The notes beneath the pieces were generated by a model, which searched no databases, was not told where the DNA came from, and saw nothing but the letters and a program-made list of their open reading frames with translations. 64,000 bases of DNA from Octopus sinensis (taxonomy: Eukaryota). The position numbers were made by a program, and so were the translations under genes. Within the stretch, counting starts at the first letter, position 1. Every line of letters starts with the position of its first letter. Below, one piece after another: positions 26,372 through 38,221 of this stretch. The DNA is taken from positions 105,152,001-105,216,000 of the forward strand of contig NC_042999.1 in NCBI RefSeq assembly GCF_006345805.1, given 5' to 3'.

Positions 26372-27316
26372 TAAAAGGAATTCCAACCTTGTCTGATTTT
26401 CACGTTTTATTTACAATCTTATAATGATATAAGATAGTATAATATAATAAAATAAAATAAAATAAAATAATAGAATGTTAAATGTTCATTCTGATTGAAC
26501 TAGTACTTTCATGCATTAAATTCTGCAATCTTCAGGTTCATGTAGTAGCCGTGACAGTCATGCTTCACAATTTTTGACTGTAGCGAGATGATTGAATCTG
26601 TGCCTTAAATACAGCTACAAGGCTCCAGATTGCTAGGTTTTGCAAACTGTATTCTGACCAATCAGTGTGTAGTATCACTCAATTACTTAAGCTGATTGGT
26701 TTAGGCGTCACGCTTTGGTGGACATGTCAAGAGTCCTGTATCTTAACCCTGGCCGAGGCAGCAATTGTTGGGCTATTTTTAGAAATGTTGTAAATAGCCT
26801 TTGTCAGAGGTTTTTATATTTCAATTGTCATCATCATCATTGTCAGCAACTTAATTATTGTTGCTAATGGTGATGGTAGTGGCAATAGAACTTTTAACCC
26901 TAAATAAGATAATTTTCCTGCTATCTAAGTATTATTATTATTGCTTATTTACCTTGGGTTCGAATTTATCAATAAAATTCTTTTCTCTGATTTTTCTCTC
27001 GATTTCACTTGGGCTGTGTAATTTATAGAATGGAAATATTATATATATTTTCCGACCACATGTTGCTAGGTGGTTACTCAAAGGTATCTGACGGACCTCT
27101 GGGTCTCTAATCTGTTGTCGGTGTACACGTGAGCGTTCTGATAGTCCATTTCCCGTCTGTCCTACATATATTTCTTCACAATTTGGGCATTTGATGCAGT
27201 AAATTAAATTTCTGCTTTTGCAGTTCATATTCGCGTTTGTGAGTATTTTCCCGGTTTTTGTGTTTATATATTGGCCGGTATGTATGAATTGGCATGTGCC
27301 ACATCGGCTATCATTG

Positions 27317-27320
<4 letters not shown>
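26372..27320 (-). mobile_element. 5'-truncated Penelope-like element: GIY-YIG endonuclease plus 3' pseudo-LTR
   Basis: Minus translation DSRCGTCQFIHTG...MNCKSRNLIYCIKCPNCEEIYVGQTGNGLSERSRVHRQQI...HL...ERKIREKNFI is the PLE GIY-YIG domain with its Cys/His motif. Flanked on both sides by (TA)n. Confidence 0.9.
26496..26540 (-). ncRNA. Minimal type I hammerhead ribozyme in the Penelope pseudo-LTR
   Basis: Minus strand reads TGAAC-CTGAAGA-T-TGCA-GAATTTAA-TGCA-T-GAA-AGTACT-A-GTTCA. Stem I is TGAAC/GTTCA, the core is CUGAAGA...GAAA, stem II is TGCA/TGCA, stem III is the palindrome AGTACT, and the cleavage triplet is CUA. Confidence 0.75.
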
Positions 27321-27373
<53 letters not shown>

Positions 27374-27503
27374 CAATAATAATAAAGGGTAGAATTAATT
27401 AATCAATTAATAATTAATAATTTTACCAAGTAGTTCGGTATGTTAAAAGAACCATTATCGGTAACCTTATACAAAAATTCAATAATTATAAGCATAATTA
27501 TAA

Positions 27504-27676
27504 TTGGGGTTCACCAAAATTACTTCACCACATACCAACATTTAGAAGCAGCAGTTAAATACTATTCCACTATCATAAGATATCTCCAAGACAGAGATAT
27601 CTTAAGGTAGTGGAATAGTATTTAACTACTATTTCTAAATTTCGGTATGTGGCGGAGCAATTTTGCTGAACCCTAA
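27504..27676. repeat. Long fold-back inverted repeat, 83 bp arms and 7 nt loop
   Basis: 27504-27586 versus the reverse complement of 27594-27676 has 12 mismatches in 83 by manual alignment. The loop is CAAGACA. Confidence 0.9.
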
Positions 27677-29583
27677 TTTCTGCTGAACTAATTTCTGGAC
27701 ATTTTGATTATGAAAATTCCAACAACCAAATTGGAAATGACATCTACAAGCCAACAGACTCAAAACACACCACCCGAAACACACAAAAATTAACATCACT
27801 TTAAATCTAAGCAAAAGAATCTGTACAATTGTAGCTAACACAACCACTCGGGAACTTCGCCTACAATATCTCAAAATAACACTCATTGAACGTTAATACC
27901 CACCCGCATTTATAGACCATCTATTTTCATGTTACTATTTCAGATGACAATAATATCTGATTAATAACTGAATGGTGAGAAATGATATCAGTGAAAAACC
28001 TTGCTAAATAATTACATCGATCAGTATATGTGCTAAATATGCACATCGATTAGCATTTGTGCTGCAATATTATAATCTCCACTAGAGCGTCATGTAACCT
28101 TGATGTTATATAATCACGATAAGAGTACAGTAGTAGTGCTACAATTACTATGCTCAGTGCAGAAATAAATTCATATCATGTTTCCTACTAGAGATTAGCT
28201 ATAAAGCTCACAAGCCATATCTAAACCTAATTCATCATTATCTTAATCCATTCTGAGCAAACTCGATCCTCTTCATACAAAATATATTCTTAGAGAAAAT
28301 AAATTTAAATACGTTCCGAAAAATGTCTGGCCTCGTACTTTACTAGAGAAGATACCAAAGACAACGTTACATAGCCTTGCGTTTAGGGAAATAACTTGTA
28401 CTGGCAGGTTTTACTTTTATCCATGTACATTCAGACCTCCATCGTTCGGGATACGTAAAATACATAAGTAACAGTTCATACCATCTCTCTGGATATTAAT
28501 GCTAACATTACACGCTTTGGAAAAATAATATTTCATATTGAATAAACCCGAATCTCAAATTTCCATTTTTTCTTTGATCAGTAATGTACAACAAAGTTAC
28601 AAGTAGTTTTTCTATTTCCACAAAGTTCAGTCTGTTTTATTATATAGTATTTCCGCAATTACATATTCAATATGTCTCTGACTGTCTATCTTTCTCTCTG
28701 TCTTTGTCTCTCTCTCCCTTCCTCTGTCCCTCACTATTACACAAGCAATAAACGACTGATTCAGGTGACATCAATAGTATATTGATATTAAAAAATATAT
28801 GTGTTAGTGTTTCTTATGTCACATATAGTTACTAAATTGAACAAAGTTATATTGGCTCATCTATTTGACTGAACTTCATAATCAATATCACTTAAAAGTA
28901 CTGGCTAAGAATCTTAATTTCCCTTCTATGGTCTCGTGTTTTTGACCTAACAGCTACGTGTCAATTCTTTGTTTGGCTTGTCTTACGTTATTTTTGTTAC
29001 ATTTTTTACTGTATTTTTTGTTTTATTGATCATGCAAAGCAGTCAGGAAAAACAAAATTAAAATTATATAAAAAATAACAACACTAAGGGGAGAGAGAGT
29101 AAGAGAAACAAAGAGGGATGGAAAAAAGAAAGTGAGTTATAATGTGATGGAAATATTTCATTTGCGGCTGTGTAATCATTGACTATACACTTGCAAACGT
29201 GTGCCATCGATTTTGCTTTCTGTGGGGGAAGGTGTTGTCTCGTATTTACATCAAAACTGAGAATGAAAAATTTTGCGAATGACGGATGTAGGACGTTGAC
29301 AAATGAATAAATAATGCGTATAGCAGACGAGTCTACGCTACGCAATCAAGATGAGCTTATGAGGAGGACTCCATGTACTCGTCCTGCTAGAAATAATGGA
29401 AGAATCCTTCTCAAGCCTTCATATTTAATTTTACTTCACCAGCATCAAGGAACAAGTACCAATGATAGACACTATCATATTACAAATACCTTTGCAACTT
29501 CTACCGCAGCAAGTCGTTTTGTGTATGGTCAGTTGGAGTCATCAGAGCAAAGTAATAAATGTTAGATAGTTCCGTTTCATATT

Positions 29584-29710
29584 AGGTGGTGAGCTGGCAG
29601 AATCGATGGCACTCCAGACAAAATGGTTAGTAGTATTTCTTCCGGCTTTACGTTCTGACTCCAAATGTCGCCGAGGTCGATTTTACTTTTCATCTTTTTG
29701 GGGAAGATAG
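29584..29710 (+). mobile_element. tRNA-derived SINE (octopus-type), 5' part
   Basis: GGTGGTGAGCTGGCAGAATCG...CAAAATG.TTAG...TTTACGTTCTG...AAAT..CGCCGAGGTCGATTTT. Confidence 0.8.
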
Positions 29711-31399
29711 AATATGTTCCACATGAACTTTGGTACCACTTCGTCTCCACCAAATACAGACCATTTAAGTAATAACATAGTGCGAATGTTGCTTCAAGCG
29801 CCTAATGGTTACAAATATAAAACAACTTTATGATCTTACTTCCCTAGACCCTCTATTATTATTCTTAAGCTTTTATGTGACCACCAGGTGTCAGCACATT
29901 CAGAGAATAGATCTGAAAGCTAAATGATAAAATAAGTTGATTGGACATGATACACAGAAACACATTTGCGTGGCACACAACCTAATTGAAAGAGTAGCTA
30001 AATCTCTCTTAATTTACAATGTATTTTACCTCAATTTTATGATGCATTAGATAATGTAGTCAGGGAAACGTCATGTCTCACAAATGACGAGATGGATCCG
30101 GTTCGAATGCAAAGTTTTCTCTATCATGTCAGGCATGGAACTCAAAACACGGTAACATTTAGCAGACAGATACTAATTAAAACACCATGTCACTCCCGGA
30201 ACCATATTTCAGCATATAATAGACCTGTATAATACATATACGTATTTGCAAACTTAACAACTAACAACGTTATATCAACCGATTTTATCCAAAATCTATT
30301 GTTTAAACTAAACGCGTATTGCTGCGAATGTAAAGCAAAAAAACAGCGACAATAGCAACTTTTATACGAAATGGTTATTATAAACTGATAGACTGTATTA
30401 AATATAATGCCATCTTGGTTTGTTGATACAAATCATATTATTTCGTTTAGCCAGTATTTTAAATTCAATTCAATTTTGTCCGCTTTTCTATTGAATTTTA
30501 TGTGTAAGTTTAATGGTCTATATATTGATCATAACAAAGTAGTGCCAGATCTTTCTTCTCTCACTCAATCTCTCAACCTCTTCCACCGCATACACATACA
30601 TGCATACACACACATACATACATAATACATACATACACACATGCACATGCCCACACACACATATGTACCTATATCTGTATATATGCATGTGGGCGTATCT
30701 TTGCGTGTATACAAGTATGCGGTTGTCATATATAAGAACTCAATTCCACATTTTACTTTGTTGTATTTTGTTACAGTATAATATAATAGAGCCTCCAGTA
30801 TACTCTATGAAAGCACCCGTGATGTAACATCCTAAGTGTGTGATAAAATATTCTGGGTTATTAAGCTGTAATCTGTCTTTAAACATAAAACCTTGGTGCA
30901 TAAATATCACATAACTTTCTCAAATAGACATCCACATACACACAATCACACACACATACGCACACACAATCACACACACACACACGCACACATACACAAA
31001 TACGCGCGCGCACACACATAGTATCACCACAAACAGAGTCGATCTAGCTGTCTCCCTCCATTTTGAAAAAGTGTCGAACAAGTACAATCGACACCCAAAT
31101 CCCAGTGGACTCTCATCAGAGGCATCTACGTCAATTTAACAAAACCGAGAGAACCAAGAAACCAATCTGTTCACATACCCAGTGACCACAGCAGCCACTG
31201 AAAACCGGGTCCACTAATCCGCACCCGTGTTAACAGTTTATTTTAGATATGAATTTTAACATGAATTTTACTCACAGAGTATCTAGTTATGATATAACAT
31301 ATGGAAACCACTTTGGTTTTGTATTTGGTTTGAAAGACTCATTGTGTGAATTAGTGTGTTGAATGAAACTCATTGTGCATAGGAAGGGTCATTGTGCCG

Positions 31400-33130
31400 A
31401 TAAAATAGCAAAAAAAAATACGCATTAACAGTTTCCATACTTCTTATGTTTCGCCAATCGGTTGAATATCTAAAAATTGGTTGTTCGTCTTAGTCTTTTT
31501 ATCGCTATTCGCGATTTCTTCGATGTCATGCCCCTACTCTTCAAAGTCTGCCTCGAATCTGAGAATCCGTTTAAATGTGATGGGATCGTTTTCCTCTTTG
31601 ATCAATTTTGAGACAATTTTAAATAGGGGGAGGCCTGTTGAGGGAATTGTATTTAGTGTAACTATATGTTGTGATTCTGAATTGGGCAGTGTGCCTATAT
31701 GTTGTGATCCTGAATTGGGCCCGTAGTCCCAACCTTGGATGAATCTTGAAGCAAATGTTCAGCTCTTTTGGGAAATGCTGGCGGTATATTCTCCACATCG
31801 TGGAAATGATGTACCGCTCGCGGCGGCGCTGGAGAGAGTAGACTTTCAAGGCTTTACGGCAGTCCTAGTAATCGAGATCAGCCATGCCCTTAATTCGTTT
31901 AGTGAATGCCCTCTGGAGTGATTCATTTTTGGAGATGTTTTGTTTAGTATGGGGAGACCACAAGGGGAAGCATTACTCGAGGTGTGGTCGTTCAAAAGAG
32001 AAAAATGGAATGATGATACCTTGTTCTCTGGACCGACAGGTTCTTAAGATCTAGCAGCTCATCTTACGAGCTATATCGACCTTCTTGTCGATGTGGATAC
32101 TCCAACTGAGATTATTATCAACAATTACCCTTAGGTCTCTAATATTATTAGACTCTGGGAGCAGTTCCCTTGAAGTAAGAATGTATGGCTGTTTTAGTAT
32201 TATTTTTCTCCCAAAATGCATCAGCTCAAATTTTCCCTCATTTAGTTGCATTTTGTTTTTGTCTGCCCATTGACTCACCGCACGTAGATCCGACTGGAGC
32301 TGAGTTCGTTCTTCTTCTTCATTGATGATTTACTGAGGCTTAGGGTCTTTAGCAAATATTTTCACTTTGCAGTGTTTTACGACACTGGAAAGATCGTTTA
32401 TGTAGATTATAATGAGGAGCGGGCCCAAGACAGTCCCCTGAGGGACACCTATGTTGACTTTTGCTGGACTTGAGTGGACTTTATCGACCACAACATATTG
32501 TGTTCTATTCGCCAGGAAATACTCAATCTAGTGTGGAGGTTTCCTCGGATTCCAACATTTGCCAATTTTGAGAGTAAGATATTATGGTCAACCCTGTCGA
32601 ACACTTTACTGAAGTCAAGATAAATGATGTCAGAGTTCGGACCTGTTCCCAAGGCTTTACGCATATCCTAAATGTGGTGTAAGAGCTGTGTTAGACAGTC
32701 CCTGCCACAGCGAAAGCCATACCTATATGCATTTAGGAGTTTATGGATCTTCAGGAAGGCAGCTATACTTGAACTTACCACTCTTTCAAACACTTTAATG
32801 ATGTGGGAGGTGAGTGAGATTGGGCGATAGTTGATTGCGAGAGATCGGTTTCCCTGATTGAAAACCGGGATGACAGACTCAGATAGGAGCTGTTTCGGTA
32901 TATAACCAGAGTCTAAAGAAATTCTCCAGAGGTTGGTGAGAGGGACTGCAAGCTGGTGTCTACATTCCTTCAGGTGGCTAGCGGGGAATCTATCAGGGCC
33001 TACAGCAGAATGGTACTTGACCTCATTTATTGCTGCTATGATGTCTGAAGGCGGCGTGTCGAACTTTCTCATTCGCCAAAAGACAATCACAAAGAATTGG
33101 CCAATTAAAAGGTGATTACACAGGTGGTGC
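31400..33130 (-). mobile_element. CR1/L2-like LINE, degenerate RT and C-terminal region
   Basis: ORF pieces AVGPDRFPASHLKEC...VIPVFNQGNRSLAINYRPISLTSHIIKVFERVV...YGFRCGRDCLTQLL, DIIYLDFSKVFDRVDHNILLSKL, the GVPQGTVLGP motif, WADKNKMQLNEGKFE, RDLRVIVDNNLSW, YSLQRRRERY. Confidence 0.92.
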
Positions 33131-33750
33131 TCCATCATAGCCGCAGCCTTGGGTCTGAAACATATAGAATTATAGAGTAATATATGTATGCATTTTCCTT
33201 CATATATATTTGTACGTGTCTGTACAAATGTCTGTGCGTATGATTGTGTGTTTGTGGGTGGGTGTGTAGCTGTATGTGTGTAAGAGTGTGTATCGAGAGA
33301 GAATGAGGTGGATATATATAAAGGAAATAACACCAAATAAAACAAAATACGACTCACGCTAACAAACTTTCAGAAATTCAATCATATTGCTGCAAATAAG
33401 ACTCAGAAAATAAGAAGATAAAAAATCAAAAACTTTTTATTTCTTATACATTTTAGACGTTTACTCTCGCGTTTGTGAACGTTGGATTAAAAGATGTTGC
33501 TAAGAAATACATAAATTTTAGGATCTGTTACCTCTGTGCGCGCATCAAGAATTTAATGTCTGAATATATGAAAGCTTGAAATGAATGAAATAACAGCGTA
33601 CTAATATTTAGTATCGCATACACTCCACTAACACACACATATGTTTGCACATCCACGTATATGCATAACGAAAATTATACACATATATACATATGCATAT
33701 ATGTATATCTACATATATGTATGTATACATATATATAAATATATATACAT

Positions 33751-33804
<54 letters not shown>

Positions 33805-33837
33805 CGTACATACACACTCACACCTACACACACTCGC

Positions 33838-33869
<32 letters not shown>

Positions 33870-33997
33870 TTGTGTGTATAGCGTATACTATTGTGGCAAC
33901 CGAATAATTGTCACATTATATTACATACATATATACATACATATATATATATATATATTATATATATATATATATGTATGTATGTGTATATATATAT

Positions 33998-34047
<50 letters not shown>

Positions 34048-34076
34048 GTACATACACACTCACACCTACACACACT

Positions 34077-34119
<43 letters not shown>

Positions 34120-34182
34120 TTGTGTGTATAGCGTATACTATTGTGGCAACCGAATAATTGTCACATTATATTACATACATAT

Positions 34183-34234
<52 letters not shown>

Positions 34235-34262
34235 GTATATATATATATACACACACACATAT
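33805..34262. repeat. Tandem duplication of a ~242-250 bp microsatellite-rich unit
   Basis: The unique core TTTATATTTGTGTGTATAGCGTATACTATTGTGGCAACCGAATAATTGTCACATTATATTAC is identical at 33863 and 34113. Confidence 0.9.
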
Positions 34263-35383
34263 ATATACCCACACGCACGCATACACACACATGCACACAC
34301 ATCAGCATATAGACGTATGTGTGCACGAGGTTGTGCATGCGTGCGCTTCTGTATCATTTTCCATTTCGTTCATGCCATAGCTTATGAGTATCTGTTTCAC
34401 TCTAACCTTCTTCCGTCCGATATATAATAGCATTCCGATGTCTGGGAATAGAATATATTTCTCAGCAATGTAATTAGCTATTATTGATCTCACTGATGGC
34501 AGAATTAAGCTAAAATGTTTAACAATGGAACCAATTACATAGTACTTTCTTAGAATGATCCAATTTCTGCTGACACTACGGAATATCTTGTAGAAATAAT
34601 GGAAAACGACTTTTTTTGTTGAATTGAGTATAAAGGAATATGAAAATATCTACTGTAAATAACAATAGGACTAGAAACTATTATCATAACAGCAGTGAAG
34701 AAATTCTGCAAAACGAAAACACCAAAACGATGATGAATAGCCGCAACATTAAAATTAGCAGTAGCTATAATAATAATGATGATGATGGTGATGATGATGA
34801 CAACGACGTAGATAATAGTATTAATCATAATAACAAAATCAACCACATCTCTAGTAATAATGATAGTAACAATGATACTTATAGTAAAGAAACGACACAT
34901 GACACACGGTTGACTATAACAATCGGTTAAAAATACGGTATGACAAATGTAAAACAAAAGAAAACAAAGGAAGTTCCCATATGTATATAGGAGATGAAAG
35001 ACAACATATTAATAATTGTAACTGTGACATATTTTAATTTGCCACAGGGATGTAACAAAAATTATGATAAACAAAACATGTGAAAAACAGAATAAAAGAT
35101 TAAGATATTGAAATGATGAGTGTAGTTGATTCTAAAAATAAATAACTTCTCCGAGATATATGTGACATTTATTCAAGGAATATCAGGGTGATCTAGATAC
35201 CTGTTTATCCTCATTATACATACAGACAGGTATACATATATGCATACATACATGCATACATATATACATATATACGTGCATACATACGTGTGTAAATATG
35301 TATGTATAAGTATATATGTATATACATATGTACATACATACATGTATATATGTACATATATACACACATATAAATACATGTAC

Positions 35384-35421
<38 letters not shown>

Positions 35422-35479
35422 TATATATATACATACATGTATTTATATGTGTGTGTACATACTTACACACAGACGCATA

Positions 35480-35512
<33 letters not shown>

Positions 35513-37452
35513 GCATGTAAGCATATAATTACTCATGCACATAGTATATATTGACATTGCTTAAGCATAAAAAATATAGAACTGTACTTATACTCAACTC
35601 TAACCTGTCTTATAATTATCTTTATTTTCGAGTATTAGCATTCATTTTGCTCTCTGTCTCCTTCTTTTGAGTTGTTTCTTTGAAGAACGGCAGAAAATAA
35701 CTATATGCATCATGCAACTGATCCGCCTACATTTATTTTTACAGCTGTCATTATCATAAGGAGATTGTGGTTTTTGAACCATGCAAATAAACCTGAGTTT
35801 ATCCTATATACAGAAGTAATTATTCAACAGAATCCAACTATCTGCTACCCTGCAGCTAATAGAAAGGTGTGACATTTGATGTAGTTACCCTAATTATCTT
35901 GACTCGTCATATAATCATTATTTTTGCATGAGCTTTCAATTTTTCTCAGTATTAAATACAAACCAAAGCGACTCCGGTTCTTCTTGAGCAATGAATATAG
36001 AACCTAATGAAGCAGATGGGCTATGTCGTTAGATATCTGGAAACGAACTCAAGATTTATCAAATATGCACACACATTGACGTAAGTAAACATATTTGCAA
36101 AGGAAACTATATAGCTAATACAAATTCAATCCTAGGCACTTAATCATCATAGCATTTTGTATACCTCTCGTAATGTTGAAAGCCAGAAATGTACGATTCG
36201 ATGAAACATAACCTAACCCGCCTGCTATTTGCTACGCGGATGATGTTTATTCGTTGTTTTTCTATATCAGTAGAGAACAAATTTGTTTAAGCATACCGTT
36301 ACTAGTGGGAATGTGCTCCTGATGACGCTCAAAGAAGTAGAAAGCTGCATCATTTTTCGCAATTTTGCCAGTGCTGCGGGATGCTATTTTTCTGTTTTCT
36401 AATTCTATGTTTAAACTATAATGTGCACAACTTCGCGTATAGGGTACCAGTTGATTCAAGATGCTTTCTCAATACGAATACCTCTGTTTTATGGCTTTCT
36501 ATTGTATATCTACGTTACGTAAGGTATATAAAAAGCCATTTTCTAATACTGTTTCCGTCGTTAATATTTAATCAAAATATTAATATGCCTGCATTCAACG
36601 AAAGATAAAAGCCAAAGTTGGAGGCATTTGGCATCGTGATGTTGACACGGAAGGAAATGTCATTACGCATTTTAAACAACATTATAACTGTTTCTGCTTC
36701 TACTGTGACGTCAATAACTTTACAATAGGCAATACTGAAAAATTATATCAATATATCATAATAAGTAAATTTCAGAGGAAATTTACAGACGGTAACGCGA
36801 CGCGTCATTGACCATCAAAGTTTTTGTAAAAGATAGGCTTTATAAATAAAACATATAACATGGCTAATATGATTACTATGCGTATTATGACTAATATGAA
36901 AAGTAATCTAATAACTGCATTACATCATTAATGCAAAATAGATGACATACTATGATTTTATCCCAATCACAGTGCCGCAGTTATTACTACGTATTCCTTG
37001 GTGCTGCAACCTAAAGGGAAATACATGATCTCTGATGTTCATGCCTTCCCCAAGTGTATGCAGTGTGTAGGTTAAGGGAAATCTGATAAAGGAAAACCAA
37101 GAATTTAGAAACGTTACTCAATGGCTACAAACTGGCTCTCAACAAGCACATGACTCTGAGAAAATTTTATACACAAATTTGTGTAATCACTTCTAAAGAT
37201 AAAGCACAATAGTCGTAAACTAAGCAATAAATTTATGTTCTAAAGTTTACATTAAGAAAAGGTTAAGGATGTTTACTTTCATAAGATGATTTTATTCTAG
37301 ATCAATGACACTAAAACATCTGAAAGTAACTATAAGTATCAGAATGTATCATATGAAAATTAGAACTGGCGAAGATCACAATAATTTGAAAGGATTGGAC
37401 ATATACTGTATACTATGTGGGAAAGGGATAATGTTTTTTCATTTAGTTTAAG

Positions 37453-37605
37453 ATAGTGAGCTGACAGAATTGTTAGTGCTCCGGGCAAAATGCTTAGCGG
37501 CATTTTGTCCATCTTTATGTTCTAAATTCAAATTCCGTCGAGATCAACATCGCCGTCCTTCATTTTGTAGTAAATAAAATAAGTATCAGCTGAGCACTGA
37601 GTTAG
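37453..37605 (+). mobile_element. tRNA-derived SINE (octopus-type)
   Basis: GTGAGCTGACAGAATTGTTAG..CTCCGGGCAAAATGCTTAGCGGCATTT...TTCAAATTCCG..GAG.TCAAC...AAAATAAGTATCAG. Confidence 0.8.
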
Positions 37606-38168
37606 GAATGGTCAACATTTCCGAAACCAAGATTCATTTTAGAATCTTCAGCTAACTTTTGCCAACGCAATTTTTCATTAGCAATGTATCATTACTTAAC
37701 AGGCATTTTATATGCTACTTTTTCAAGAAACCTTACTCAGTAACTACTCCCGCTCCGCAGAAAAAAAGAAAAACTTCTCTCTTTTGTTACTGTCAGTTTC
37801 CTTTCACATTTATTCTGTCATTCTTTCTTTGTGTTGATACATTCTTCTATTTATTTAAATTTATATATTTTGGTTTTTCTTACTACTTCTTTAAAATAGG
37901 TAGCGCTTTTAAATCATTCTATAATTTCGCGTAGTACTTTCCTTACAATGCAACCACTTTCTTGGTTTCGGTCAATGTTTTTTATAACAACAAGATAAAT
38001 TTCAAGATGATGATGACGATGATGACGCTAAGGCAAAGGTCAGTGGGAAGTGGAATTGTAGAGTTAATGTTCGCTTGATAACTATAATTCACAACCCAAA
38101 GCTCACAATTTATAGAATAATAGCTTAACATTAGCAAAATATATAAGCTGTTGTTGCTGCTGCTGCTG

Positions 38169-38221
<53 letters not shown>

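Noticed and set aside
33805-34262. CRISPR-like repeat/spacer array
   Set aside because: Eukaryotic context, only two units, and the 'spacers' are microsatellites.
36318-36360. Hammerhead-like CTGATGA...GAAA
   Set aside because: Stem II is mispaired, and there is no stem III or stem I complementarity.
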